Origin: Macrostomum hystrix
Taxonomy: Eukaryota > Animalia > Platyhelminthes
Reading direction: 5' to 3'
Assembly (NCBI GenBank): GCA_950097015.1
Contig: CATNEN010000003.1
Coordinates: 806,001 to 870,000, forward strand
Length of the DNA stretch: 64,000 nucleotides
A model generated the notes under the pieces. It searched no databases, was not told the origin of the DNA, and saw only the letters and a list, made by a program, of their open reading frames with translations. A program made the position numbers and the translations under genes. This document shows, in pieces, positions 25,361 to 38,600 of the stretch (position 1 is its first letter; each line of letters begins with the position of its first letter).

Positions 25361-25854
25361 GGAAATAAAATTCAAGTTTTGTTCTCAAACTGTATATAGT
25401 TTGCCATGCTTATAAGTTATTCTGTGTTATTCTCTCAGTTTTTTATTTCGAAGGCTTACAAATAGATGTCAGCTGTGGTATACAAGATGCCATTCTGGGA
25501 CTGGCACAAAAAGTACATCGTTTTAACTCAATCCAGTCATTGCGGCGCACAGTTTGAAGTCCCTCACAAGATCCTGGTTTTCATACAGCTTCTATTGTAC
25601 CAGCTATAACTTGAGTAACATTGAGCTTCGATAGAAACTTTAGGTTAAAAAATAAACGTTAATTTTATCTTTATTAGAGTTAAGTAGGCCTTAGAAAACT
25701 ATAAAACCTCTCTATAATCAGTTTTTTAGAATGTACGAGATAATGTTAAAGCATGCCTACTTTTAAGTTATTTAGCAAAAAACGCCCTCCATTATCATTC
25801 GTTCGAGACTGAAAAAGACAGCCAGCCAGTTGTTGGTTTCGGCGATCGTCGACG

Positions 25855-28466
25855 TCACTTTGAAGCGGCGTCGGTGCCGAGAAAGCCGGACTGAACCAAC
25901 CGGCCAAACAGGGCGTAGGACTCGCGATAGGCCTCCTCCGGCATGCCCTCCATGATCAGGTCGATGACGCGGCCTTCCTTGGCGTACTCAAGCGTGCGAA
26001 TGAGCAGCTGCGTCTGCTCCGGCGTCATGCTCTGCTTGTTGGCATAGTCACGGACGTTGGGTTCCTCTGTTAGGGTTTCAATTGAGTCGATAAGGGATTT
26101 CTTTATTGGCTAGGCCACAAAATGTGATCGACTATCGCAGAAACGCTGTCGAGTAATTGAAACCCTAAATACGTGCTCGCATGTGTACTAATCTGTGTTC
26201 TCATTGGCGGGGCTCAAAAGTAAGTACGATCAGAATTGTCATTAAATTTTCATTCGCTTCTTCTGCAAATCCGATTACTTTAGTCACGATCGCATCATTA
26301 CAGTTGGGGTGTCAATCCAAGACTTGCCTGACAGTAAGCCGACTCTCCACGACTTCTGCTGTCAATATTTCATTAGTCTGCGATGAGCACGCTCATAAGT
26401 TGCTCAAATTAGTATAAAAAATAGAGACTAATTTTTTCAGAGAAATAAACTAGTAGTTACGAGTACATTGAAGGACGAAAATTTTGATAAAACCGGCACG
26501 TCAAAGAAATAATGTGACATCCTCGAATGTTGAAAACGAGTTGTAGCATAAAAAACACACTTGAAACAGACAGAATGAGGGCTCGACCAACTCACCAGTG
26601 AGCAGTTTCGCCAGATATTCTGGCCTGCCTTCGCCGAGAACGTTTGGTACCAGCCAGCTGTGAAAGCGCTTGATGAATCCGGCGAGAACCACGGAGGCCG
26701 GGCGGTCCTCTGTAGTGATTGTCATCATTTGGGTTTTTATTTAGTAACAGATAAAGTTGCTTCATATAGCAGATTGATATCTAAATCTATACGTTAGGAG
26801 AGAAAGTTTTAGTGGATTCATTTTCAATCTTTAACTTGCTTTTTACTCCTTTTTAAACCAGCTCAGCAAACACGTTTTTTGAAAATCGATCTCCAATCAA
26901 AATTGGCTGATACTCAATGTCCCAGCTTTTTTAGTCTCTCTAATCCCACCACATTACCATTGGGATCGATTTCCTAATTTGCCTAGTTGATTTCCTGTGC
27001 ACTACTGTCTGGTCGCTGCTGATCCTTCGTGTGTTAGACATGTACTTTTACCGGTCTCACTCACTGGCGGTGCACAGGGCGCTGTCCTCGTCGTAGCCGT
27101 CTTCGATGCAGTCGCGCCGGCCGTCGCAGATGAAGGAGAAGGCGAGGCATTGGCCGCTCTTACAGGGCCACGGAGCAGTCTTCGGGCAGTCGTTGCCAGC
27201 TGGACTCCCTGCAGGCAGTTCAAGGGTCCAAGGTTACGATAAGTATGGTTCTTCCATGCTGGAGAAACATTTAAGATGTGTGCTCATGTGCAAGCACTTT
27301 GACTGCGTATTGGTGAGAAAGCTCACGAAATTCCAAGCAGACTGACACACAATATCATTTCTTATGATTATTTCGCTACATATAATTGCAGCTTAGAAAA
27401 ATATGCATAGTTACGAGCGATAATGATGTATTCGAGACGTCGCAGACGTTTAGTGTGTTCCGACATAAAAAAGTCACGTGCATATTGTTAATATTTATCC
27501 ACTTACACTTGACTGATTCTCCTGAAAGCAAAAATGAGGTATTAAATTTCAATTAAAATAACTAATTTCTCATTCAGTGAGGAAGCCAAGCTATAGCAGA
27601 TTATATAAAATGACTTGTGTGAAGCTGAAACTGAAGCTTCATCAATACTGTAATAAAACCACAAGCAAAGGCAGGATGGTGATGTCTTTGATGCTATCGA
27701 GTAAGGGTGACCTTTTTGTAATATTTACCTTCTTCAGTTCGGAAATTAGTTGCTTTGTCTGAAGAAAAGATGTATTTTATTTACACTATTTGGAACTCTT
27801 CTTAGAAAAGTAAACTAAATGTTTATTTTGCTTTACAAAAGTCTGAGAAAAATGCTTTCAAAATTCACGTATTTAACATATAGCTACCTGAAATATTTTG
27901 CTAACAAAATTTAAGCTTTTTGAAATCAAATTCAGCAAAATAGCGTATTAAAAACAGGACAAACGTCACCTTTCTTCACCAGAGGCTGTCGGTAGCCTGT
28001 CACTGTGGCGAGAATTCCAAGGAGAAGCACTGTTGCCATGACAACACTTGCTGCGGTAGTTGCTGAAGTTACCGAAAATGATCGAAAATTACTTGGAGAC
28101 TTAAACCAGCTATTCGATATAGCTACAAGTCATTACAGGCACTGGTACATCATTTGGTGTCAGTAGGCCCGCAGCCAGCGAGGAGGCAATTCTGCCCGAA
28201 TCGCTGACTCCTGAGCACACACGCACACAATGTGAACATCTGCCCTGACTTTCTCAACGTCAGGCAAAGTACACTTTCGCTGTGCCTAGAAAGTTGGCCC
28301 TCAAGGGCGTAAATTGCACGACAAGCCCCCATGCCAAATTAATGTGGCTTCGCCGTGAAATCGTGCTCAGTTGGGTCGAGAGGTAACTGCGTTAGACAGT
28401 TCTGCCACTCATCCCCTAAGTTTAACAATAAAAAATAAGGTACTAATACACTGCTTTACCTTTCAT
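25855..28466 (-). CDS. Prohormone-4-like secreted protein (signal peptide + LDLa + conserved helical C-terminal domain); exons 28466-28460, 28062-27970, 27208-27065, 26709-26596, 26066-25855 (~189 aa)
   Basis: Spliced protein MKATTAASVVMATVLLLGILATVTG-YRQPLVKKGSPAGNDCPKTAPWPCKSGQCLAFSFICDGRRDCIEDGYDEDSALCTAKDRP...LFGRLVQSGFLGTDAASK*. The six-Cys LDLa ending DGYDEDxxLCTAxxRP and the C-terminal LVxxGFL match the invertebrate prohormone-4 family. All introns are GT-AG and phase 1 (570 nt). The 7-nt first coding exon is less certain; ATG 28039 is an alternative start. Confidence 0.85.
28145..28418 (-). mobile_element. SINE family 1 in intron 1 of the prohormone-4-like gene
   Basis: catcatttggtgtcagtaggcccgcagccagcgaggaggcaattctgccc... 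is the reverse complement of the family 1 body. Confidence 0.75.
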
Positions 28467-28939
28467 CTTCAATTAAGCAGAACGTTCCGTCAGAGTAGGT
28501 GGAAAGGCGACTTGTATCTCACGTGTCGATTATCCTGGGTGCGCAAGCCTTGAACTCGCGGCCAAACCGGGATTTTGTATGCTTCGGCCGGTAAGAAACA
28601 GCAGCCCCTTTAACTGATAGCATTGGCTGCCTGACAGTATTGGTTGTTTGGGCTTTGTGTTAAACAAGTCCCGTCAAACTAGCCCGCTGTAATGACTACT
28701 CAGTTAGTAGCCTCAGCCAAAAATTATCACGTTTCGATAGGAATTAGTTTTATTGTGAATAACGGTTCCATTATTGCCGATTCCCGAGGGAATAATTTCA
28801 TCTCCTAGATCAAAACGCTTGATTGCCTAGTACTTCACTTCACTGTGCTGTAAAAATAGGTACTGCATGTAGCTTTGGCTGCGAAAGACATTTTGGTCTA
28901 TGTGGCGGCCTCCACCGTCTTTATAGAGTAATAAAGGCA

Positions 28940-29410
28940 TGCTCAACGTGCTACTTAAAGTAATATTACAGGGAAATCTAAGCAATAACAGTTTATTCTT
29001 TAGGAATATGTCATAAAAACTCATATGCTTTTTTAGAAATTATGTCACGTTGGTTTGGAATATTACTTTAAGGTACATAGTCACAAAACTTGTTCTTGGC
29101 AGCTGCATTTGCTTAAACTCTGCAAACACAATTGACCCCCCATAAATCAAACATGTATGACCTAAGTAAATGGCTAGTCCTAAACCGGGTTTTTCAAATA
29201 TAAATACAAGCTTAAATCCTGTAAATAGTAGTAAAATGTGTCATAGGCTCAACGCGCTACTTTAAGTAATATTACAAAAGACCCTAAGCTATAATTGCTA
29301 ACATGTTTTTAGGAATGAGTCATGATGACTGATATGCTATTTTTAGAAACAAATTCATGTGACTTAAAACCGGAGAACCGGTTCTCGACAGCTGTATTTG
29401 CTTAAACTCC
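28940..29410. repeat. Diverged direct repeat (~180 bp, two copies at ~28940 and ~29247)
   Basis: gctcaacg-gctactt-aagtaatattaca...taggaat..gtcat...atatgct.ttttagaaa...cagctg.atttgcttaaactc occurs twice. Confidence 0.6.
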
Positions 29411-29912
29411 AAATATGGTAATGCCCACCTAAAAAAACACGAAACCGCAGCTGGACAAACAAGTTTAACCTCGCTGCGCAAACAGAGAAGACGCTCTTCA
29501 GGAGGAATTTTTAGAAAGGGACTAGAGAGCCTTCAATTGTTACTTGCACGGGTTTCTACTGTGAATTTTGAGCTCAATGGAACCATCAAGTAATCTGATT
29601 CGCTTTCGTCCTTTGTTGGCCAACAGATAAAGTCATGCGCAACGGACCGGATCGACTAGCAGCTGCTAAGAAGGCTAAGGAGACAAGAGAACACCAAGAA
29701 GACACGATAGACCAATAAGCGGAAGAACTGCCGGCATAAGAAGAGCTGCAGTAAGTGTCACGTGACTAGTATATGTACATAGGCACTTGTTCCTCAGTGT
29801 CTACAAGTTAGGAGTTTGAGCGTTTAGACGCAATGTTAAATCCTCTATATTTTCTCTTTCTCCCTCTCTCTCTCTTCTGTCAAGTTTCCAATGTGCGCCA
29901 AACCCAGACTCT

Positions 29913-30000
29913 TCAAGTCCACGCACTGAACGGCTGTACACAGCCTTTGGAAGCGCTGCGCAATGGCTGCAACTGTGCCCCTGGCTGCACAACTGAGCTA
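29913..30000 (+). mobile_element. SINE family 2, 3' body fragment
   Basis: agtccacgcactgaacggctgtacacagcctttggaagcgctgcgcaatggctgcaactgtgc..ggctgcaca matches 43795-43870 and 62562-62628. Confidence 0.6.
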
Positions 30001-30084
30001 GGTATCAATATTGTATCCCTGAACGGAAAAATACTACTTTTAAGAAAGTTTTCCCTTTAAGAAGCCCATCAATAATCCCATGTA

Positions 30085-31140
30085 CACTTGGTGCGAGCTG
30101 TACACCCGATGCTACTTCGTTGGAAAAACGCCTTGCTGCGGTTCGCACTCGTCTCGCGGAAAAGCGGGTTACTATATATTAACGAATCCAAGTGCATAAA
30201 TTACAGTGGTTCGATCTCTTTTCTTGGGTTCAAGATTTCTGCCGCCGGAATTCAGCCGGACAAACGACTGGTTGAAAAAGTCGGGCAAGTGTCTGCCCCA
30301 ACGAACAAATCGGAACTCGCGAGTTTCTTTCTTAGGACTGGTCAACTTTTTCGGGAGACTGATTCCCAACTTCGCCAAGACGACCGCTCCCCTGAATCGG
30401 CTGCGCAAATCTAATGTCGATTTCAATTGGACAGCGGAGTGCTCTCTAGCCTTCAGAAATTTAAGGCCGAAATCGCCTCCGCACCAATAGTGCAACCCTA
30501 TAGCATATCAAAACAACTGACGCTAACGACCGATGAATCGAAAAGTTCAATCGCCGCAGTAGTTACTCAGGAGGGACATCCGGTAATATTTGCATCGAGA
30601 ACGCTGTCATCGGCTGAATTGAATTACTGTAATATTGAACGAGATGCTCTAGCCATCTTTTGGGCCGTCGCTCGGTTGAAGCGTTTCCTTCATGGTCGTC
30701 AGTTCACGATTCACACTATCAACCACTAACTCATCTGTTCCGATGAGGCATTCCTCTAAATCATCAGCTAGAATCGGTCGCTGGGCCATGCATCTCATGC
30801 AGTTTGACTTCAACATCGTATATGTGCGAGGTCGCGACATCCCACATGCCGACGCCCTGTCTCGGCTCCGCTTTGATTTCGTCTCATCGGACGACAACGA
30901 AACATTTGATGCCATCAATGCCGTGGCATTTGAATCACCTGTAATTGAGACCGGAAGGATTTTGGAGAACTCGATGCAGACCCATTCATCCAGAAGATAC
31001 TCGCCAGAGTATGTAGCGGCAACTGTCAAGGATGCACGCAGGCCGAGTCAAGTTTCAAAGTGGTCTCCGAAACTCTGACACTTGAAAACGGACTTTTATA
31101 TATGAAGAGAATGGTTTACATTCCACCACGATTGCGCCAC
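30085..31140 (+). pseudogene. Degenerate Ty3/gypsy LTR-retrotransposon pol fragment (RT thumb/connection + RNase H)
   Basis: Motifs NESKC...ISFLGFKIS..GIQPD, SFLGLVNFFGRLIPNFA, LTTDES, FASRTLS.AE.NY..IER.ALAI.WAV, RIGRWA.L.QFDF.I.YV.G and ADALSR, spread over different frames with frameshifts and stops. Confidence 0.9.
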
Positions 31141-32648
31141 GCCGTGCGATGCCTCTCGCACCAAGGTCCCTGAGCTCGATTTCACCGCTTCCTGAGATAT
31201 TTAGTATTTCTGAGACTTCTTGCATAGATGTATGTTGTACCTTCTCCATAGCTATAACAGGAAAGTTTTGTCTTCCTGTTACCTTCTGCTACAGTAACAG
31301 AGAGATAAACCCAGAGGCCCGTTTCTGTGTGGACTCCGGAGTCACATGAAAAGCGGCAGCGTAGCTCTGCCTCTCGCTTCCAGTGTATTTAAATTCAAGC
31401 AGCGCGCACAACAGAGGCAGAATGGGGAGAGAGGGAGAAACGCTGGGGGATTGCTAACACAGGGGCAGCTGTTTCTTTGTCCCACACGCACACGCTCCCC
31501 AGCGAACGCTCGCTAAACCTCTTCCTCCCATTCCTGGGCCGTATCGATCCACGGACGCCTCGTCGTGTACGCGAATCATGTGAGCCATGCAAATACAATG
31601 TTCTGAAGCGTATTTGCAAGGCTCACAATAGCATCGGAATCTGCTGTTCCATTTGAATAGATGCATCTACTTGGGTTCCTGTACAGTTACCTACTTCGCA
31701 TCCAATAAGAACCATGATAGGAGAGACTTCTCGGACACTCATGACTGCCACGAGGTATCAGCACTTGCTCTGACAGGGATCTGTCCAGCATCCCTTCCTT
31801 TCTCTCTCGTCTCTTCCTCTCCTCTCTTAGCAAACCTCAATTTTGGCATTCAACGCTTATATAGCTTATATATAGCTTACAGAATCGGTTAAAACCCCTA
31901 TTTCTTAAGCAATCAGTTCTAAATCTCATTTTAGAAATCATAATTATCAAATCGAAAGCATTGCTGATTAAAACTGTAATTTTCTTCACGGAAAATGTAA
32001 CTGAACTACATTGTCATCTCTAGTACGTCAAAAAGATTTCCGTTTTTTCTGAATAACTTTAGATACTTTGTGGTTAGGAGTGAATTCTGTGCTACCTTCA
32101 AGCATCGGGGAGCCCTCGAAATGATAGGACATCGTGTCTCTGTCAAAGGAGTTCTAGATATAGCATCTAATAAATGTTCTAGAGCATTCTAGAGCAGTCC
32201 ATGGACCAAGAGGCGGCGCCAAACCCATTCAAGTTTCTACCCCATCCAATGTTGGTAAAAGTACACATTATTCACCGGGCTAAGCGGAAGATTTACTGAA
32301 GCTTGGGGAGTTAAGTTCTTGCTCAGGGAACAGTGAAAGTTTCCTTGAGCTGATAATCTAACCCTTATACACAGGTATTTAAAGGCTAAACATCCCTTGT
32401 ACTCGTATATTAGTGCAAACAGGCAGCTGGAGACTGTGGGAACTGCTGCAGGAAACTTTGGCCGCTCACAAATTTCGACCATTGCTGATATTCTCTACAC
32501 CTTCGTATCTGCATTGTAGACAGGTTCTTCTGATCTTACGATTACTCAAGATTGATGAGCGACCCACTGCTCGGGTGGATTGTTCTCTGCTAAATCTAAA
32601 TAAGTCTCAATTAAAGAGGCAACACAATCACACTCAGCAATAAGCAGC

Positions 32649-35600
32649 ATGAACGAATGCTTCAAAAGCTTTGATGCCGTAGAATGTCACTCGAAGTGGC
32701 TTCCATCGCTGAATTGTGACAGCAGCAAGGTTTCCAAGATTATTGATGATCTTCGGTGGCAAGCGGACAACATACCTTGGCTGAGAGGACTGTGTCTATT
32801 AAGCATGGCTCACCTGCACACTTTACCTGGGCGCTGTGATTTAAATCAAGCCAACGATTTGCTAAAGTCCATTACTGAGACACAACAATCAGAACATGAT
32901 GATCAACCGCAACTGGACATCGAGTTTTTAATCAAGGCGACGGAGCTCCGGCTTGCCATGTTACACTCATTTCCTGGACTTCCAAACAATTACACACTGC
33001 AGCTCAAACACCTGTCAGATCTGTGGAAAGACGAATTCAATCGAGCAACCGTTTGGGCTGTGAAAGGCTGGACAATGCACTGGTTCGCCATCGAGCCAAA
33101 TCGAGAAGCAGTTTTCAAAGAGTGCGAGGCGGCCTTGAACGAAGCGCGACGCATCTTTGACGAATGTCCAGAAGAGGACAGACCGAAAGCGGCAGACTTT
33201 CTGTGTCGATACGAACTGGCCTTTACATTATTTCGTCAAAGGAACGACACTTATCGAATCTGTAGTCAAGAACTGGAGCTGTGGGAAGCTGCAAGGAGCA
33301 TTTTGACACGCAACAATTGGAAACAGCCTCTTTTCTCTGCTAAATTCGCATTGGCAATCGCTTATGCTGCAGACAATCTTGAATTATTTGAGGAGCTAAT
33401 AAAGGAAGCAAAAGATGGCTTCAGTTATATCCTAGAGTATCCGAAAGTACCCGAAGTATCCGAAAAGCACAGGGATTTGGTCGTTAGTTTGGTGAGAGCA
33501 CTCTTGCAGCATCAAAAAGTTCGTGGAAACAGTGATGACAAAAGAGCTATAGAGAACTATCTGGATGAAGCTAGTCGTCTGGAGAGGTGCAAAAAGCACC
33601 CTAATTTCATTCTCCAAAAAATCTATTTCATTCTACAAACGGAAAATAAAAGTGCTGCAAAAGATTATATGCTCAAAATGAGAACCGAGGTGCCCGCCTT
33701 GAAGGAAGAATTCTGGTTCGAGTTGCGCCTAATCGGTCTAGAGAAGCCTGACAACCCCGAGCAGTTGTCAGAAGAAATGCGGAACTCATTTTTGGCCCGA
33801 TTCGAATCTCTCTGCTCGAATTTTCCTTCTAGGGCTCCACGTTCAAGATTTGAGAAAGGCAGCTTTCTGATCTGGGCTGGCTTGATTGACGATGGAATGA
33901 GGTGCCTCACGTGGGCCATGAACGACTACCTTCACCCGCTGCCGACAGTTTTCAGTGACGACAAAGTAAAAAAGCTAATTAACAGTAGAACAGAAGAACA
34001 GCTGGAGCGAATTAACGCTGAAATGTATTCCATCTGGCTAGAGAGTCAGTTCAAGACTGATGCTTCGACTTTTCACGTGAAAGACTCAATCGAAAAGTTC
34101 GAGAAACTTCTTAAACAAAATGCTCTATCCGATGAGCAGAGCAACTTTATCAACGAGCACCTCGGTCGGCTGATGATGCGAAAGTCGAGATTCGAAGAGG
34201 CTGAGCAGCTGTTTCACTCACTGCCTGAGTCAGTGCACCACAGAACTGCAATGATCGCTGACTCTCTGCTGTGCCAGGCGGAGAGCTTGTCGAGCGGAGA
34301 TCCCGTCAGCGAGGTGTGCAAGGAAAAGCTAGTCAGGATGCAAGCGGATCCCGTGAAATCAGTGTTCACAAGCAGCATCGGAATGCGGCTGCACCTGCTG
34401 AACGAGTGCGCGTCACTCGGCTGCAAGGACTCCGTACATGAAGCACTGCTGCTGCTGAAGGACATTCGAAATCAGAGCAACAGAGCCCACGTGTCGAAGG
34501 CGGACCACTTGTTCCTGCACAGCACATGCGTCTATGAATTCTGCGCCCGTTTGCTTCGACTTAAAGAGAATGGCTTTTATGTCGAACGGCGTCACACATC
34601 GGTCGCGTGTAGAAACGAGCAAGTGGCCGAGATGCTCCAGAAAGTTGAAAAAATGCTGTGCACGGACCTCTATCCAAGGAATTATCGACTAAGCATGGCG
34701 GAACAGTCTCTTCGCTATCTGTCTGTCCAGGAACAAATAACCCATTCACCATCGAACATTTGGCACACTCTGGAAGAGTCTCGCAAAGTGCTTGACGCTG
34801 TCTGGAATGAGCTGGTGTCCGATGCCCTGAAGGAATCGACTGAAAAGCGTATTCCTATCTATAAAAAGGCGCCAAAATACTATCCCTTTGCATACACATA
34901 CTCGTATTTATCTAGCTCTTCTGATGATATGCAGCTCACAATAAACGATATAGAGCAAGCCGTGCGAAAGAACTGGACTGGAACAGAAATAGTGATCGAC
35001 AGCTTAGTAAAAGAAATAAGTGAAGCCTCTATCAAGCTACTTGCAGGGTCGGATTCAATTGTAAAATCATCTTCAGAAACCGAAAGCAAAATGGAAGAAT
35101 GCTGCAAATACTTTTCCGAAATGTTGCAATTGATCGGAAGTCGGAAGTCGGAAGAGACCGATACAGTTAAAAAAAGTGTCATTGACCTACAGGAAATCTT
35201 CAAAACATTTAATATAAGGTATCGCTTCTTGACGTTCATTTCGATGTTGAATCAGAATATTCCACCAGGACCTAATGCAGACAGAAATCACAATAACAAA
35301 TTCGTCGACTATGGTACACTGAGAGATTTGACTTTGAAGGTGAAGAGGTGCAAGGATACCTTTGTGGGGATGTTCACCGCACCATTCCCAGTCGCATTTC
35401 GACCTGATGAGAGCGCTTGCAGGTGGATGATCGAACGGGAAGAGATCATGCTGAAGCATCAAGGCAGTTGGCACAAGATTTGGTGCGCAGCAATCAACCG
35501 CGATAAGCACAATGCACAAAAAAGCTTAGACGACATTAATAAAATAATCAAAGACAATTTTAAAGATAAGGGCCCAGCTCACTTGGTACAGATGGCACAT

Positions 35601-38600
35601 TTTGCTGCCGAGTTTGCGGAGGAAGCAAGACTGGTGCTACGAAATTATACAGTGAGGATTATAGTCTTTTTTGGAAAAAAATCAATGCATTTTAATCAAA
35701 TCTAATGCATTTATTTGAAAATACGAGCAGCGTTTAAAGTAAATGACTAGCAAGTAATCAATAACTGCAACCAAACTTCACATAGCCAACCAATTCTTTT
35801 CAGTACCCTCCAGTGGACGTAGCAACCAAATCCGATATCCTAAAATCGAATTACGAATGGCGCCTGGCTTGCTATGAGTGCTGCACTTTTACGGATCCCC
35901 TGCTCAGCACATCCAGTGTAAAGGAAGACGCGTGTGCAAACTGCGAGCAGTGGATTCTCCTTGTCCGAAAAAAGAACCAGCGGGCAGCTGAACTAGCTGG
36001 CACGTGGAAGCGGGTCAGACCCAGATCAAGGAAGCTAGTTAAGCTGAGGATGTGCAATAAGTACAGCGACATAATGAGCTACAACGGATGCCGACGCTCG
36101 GATTGTCCGTTCGCCCACGGAGAAGTGGAGTACTGGCTCTGGGAGCAGGAACGTATAGGAAAGTTCTCATACAACAGGTTTCTGAGGGAGAACCGCCCAG
36201 CTGGGTCACAACTGCCGCTGATTCTCCGCGAGCTCCCGAGAAAACCGAGTCGCATTGTGTACGCGGGTACAAAGCAACTGCCCGCTAGGCTGCAGCCTGA
36301 CGGGTCACGAGAGTCAGCACCCAGGCTGTGTGAAAGCCTTTTTGATGGGAAAAAATGCAGACACTCGACCAATTGTAGCAATGCTCATTGTGCGGAAGAG
36401 GAGCAGTTGTGGAAAATAATGCAGCAGCCTAAAGGTAAATTCCATAGTTAAGCTTTTCAATGGCATAATTCCTATTTCCGCCATTCTCCCTATCCTACAA
36501 ACATCCCAAACCATATCCACTTCCTATCCTACACCCACCCCAAACTATACCCTCTCCCTATCCTACACCCATCCCAAACCATACCCTCTCCATATCCTAC
36601 ACCCATCCCAAACTATACCCTCTCCCCATCCTACCCCATCCTACACCCATCCTACACCCATCCCAAAGCATACCCTCTCCCTATCCTACCCCATCCCAAA
36701 CGATGCCCTCTCCCTATCCTACACCCATCCCAAAGCATACCCTCTCCGTATCCTACCCCATTCCAAAGCATACCCTCTCCCTATCCTACCCCATCCCAAA
36801 CGATGGGGTACAAAGGTTTTGCTTGGATTTATTAGAGGCTTGTTTCTGCTTGGGCTGGATCCCAATCCCAGTTTCGCTGGTGATCCGCAGCAAGCACGTT
36901 AGTCTTTTTACTGTATTTAGTTTCTCTTAGCAATAAAGCCTGGCACTCATCTCAGAGGGCACTATAGCTCGGTGGCAACTGTGATCCGAATAGTTGTGAG
37001 CTCGAATAGTTGGATTCTGGAGATGGAAGGTTTCATGTCTTTGTCAAGCAATATGTTTGCTAAAATGACTCGCGAAGCAACTGGTGGTTCCATCAGATCA
37101 GGCTGAGCTGTACAGTTGGCTTACATCAAACAACATCACTACTACAAATTCCAGAGGACTGGCCAGCTGGACTAAGAGACCTAATCGACAACATCGAGCC
37201 TGAACTAGTTGGCTGGAGCCTGGAGTCTCACTGTGACTGGAAACTGGCCTGCTACAAGTGCGCCAAGTCTATTGATGCCCTGCAGAGCAAGTTCTCAATT
37301 AATGAGTCCCTTAATATATGTGAGCAATGTGAGCAGTGCTTCCTACTGGTCAGACCGAAGGGTAACGCAGTCAGCAACGAGTGGCGGCGAGTCCGCCTCA
37401 AAGTGCGGAAAGTGATTAGGTGCCAGAATTATGACTCGGGAAAATGCCGTTGCTCCGACTGCGACAGGGCCCACGGTGACTTGGAGCTGAAAATCTGGAA
37501 ACTGGAGAGGCTCCAGAAGTTCTCGATTGAACAGTTTCTAGAAGACAACCGCACAGCTGCGTCACAACTGCCGCTGATTCTCCGCGAGGTCCCAGGAAGC
37601 AGCGGACAACTGAGTCGCATTGTGTACGCGGGTCCACAGCAACGGCCCGCTAGGCTGCAGCCTGACGGGTCACGAGTAAGAGAGTCACCCAGGCTGTGTG
37701 AAAGCCTTTTTGATGGGAAAAAATGCAGACACTCGAGCAATTGTTGCAATGCTCATTGTGCGGAAGAGGAGCAGTTGTGGAAAATAATGCAGCAGTCCAA
37801 AGGTAAATTTCTGCGTTAAGCTTTTCTATGTCATAACTCCTATTTTTCTTTATATTATCTCCCTATCCTACACCCATCCCAAAGCATAGCCTCTCCCTAT
37901 CCTACACCAATCCAAAACCATACCCTCTCCCTATCCTACACCAATCCCAAACCATACCCTCTCCCTATCCTACACCCATCCCAAACCATACCCTCTCCCT
38001 ATCCTTCACCCATCCCACCATACCCTCTCCCTATCCTTCACCCATCCCACCATACCCTCTCCCTATCCTTCACCCATCCCACCATACCCTCTCCCTATCC
38101 TTCACCCATCGCACCATACCCTCTCCCTATCCTTCACCCATCCCACCATACCCTCTCCCTATCCTTCACCCACCCCACCATACCCTCTCCCTATCCTTCA
38201 CCCATCCCAAACCATACCCTCTCCCTATCCTACACCCATCCCACCATACCCTCTCCCTATCCTACACCCATCCCAAACCATACCCTCTCCCTATCCTACA
38301 CCCATCCCACCATACCCTCTCCCTATCCTTCAACCATCCCAAACCATACCCTCTCCCTATCCTACACCCATCCCAAACCATACCCTCTCCCTATCCTACA
38401 CCCATCCCAAAGCATACCCTCTCCCTATCCTACACCCATCCCAAACCATACCCTCTCCCTATCCTACCCCATCCCAAAGCATACCCTCTCCCTATCCTAC
38501 CCCATCCCAAACGATGCCCTCTCTCTATCCTACACCCATCCCAAACCATTCCCTCTCCCTATCCTACACCCATCCCAAACCATACCCTCTCCCTATCCTA

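Noticed and set aside
25855-26728. Stand-alone CARD-like 114-aa protein starting at ATG 26728
   Set aside because: Only a superficial helical resemblance; an acceptor at 26709 joins it in frame to the upstream LDLa exon, and the whole matches prohormone-4.
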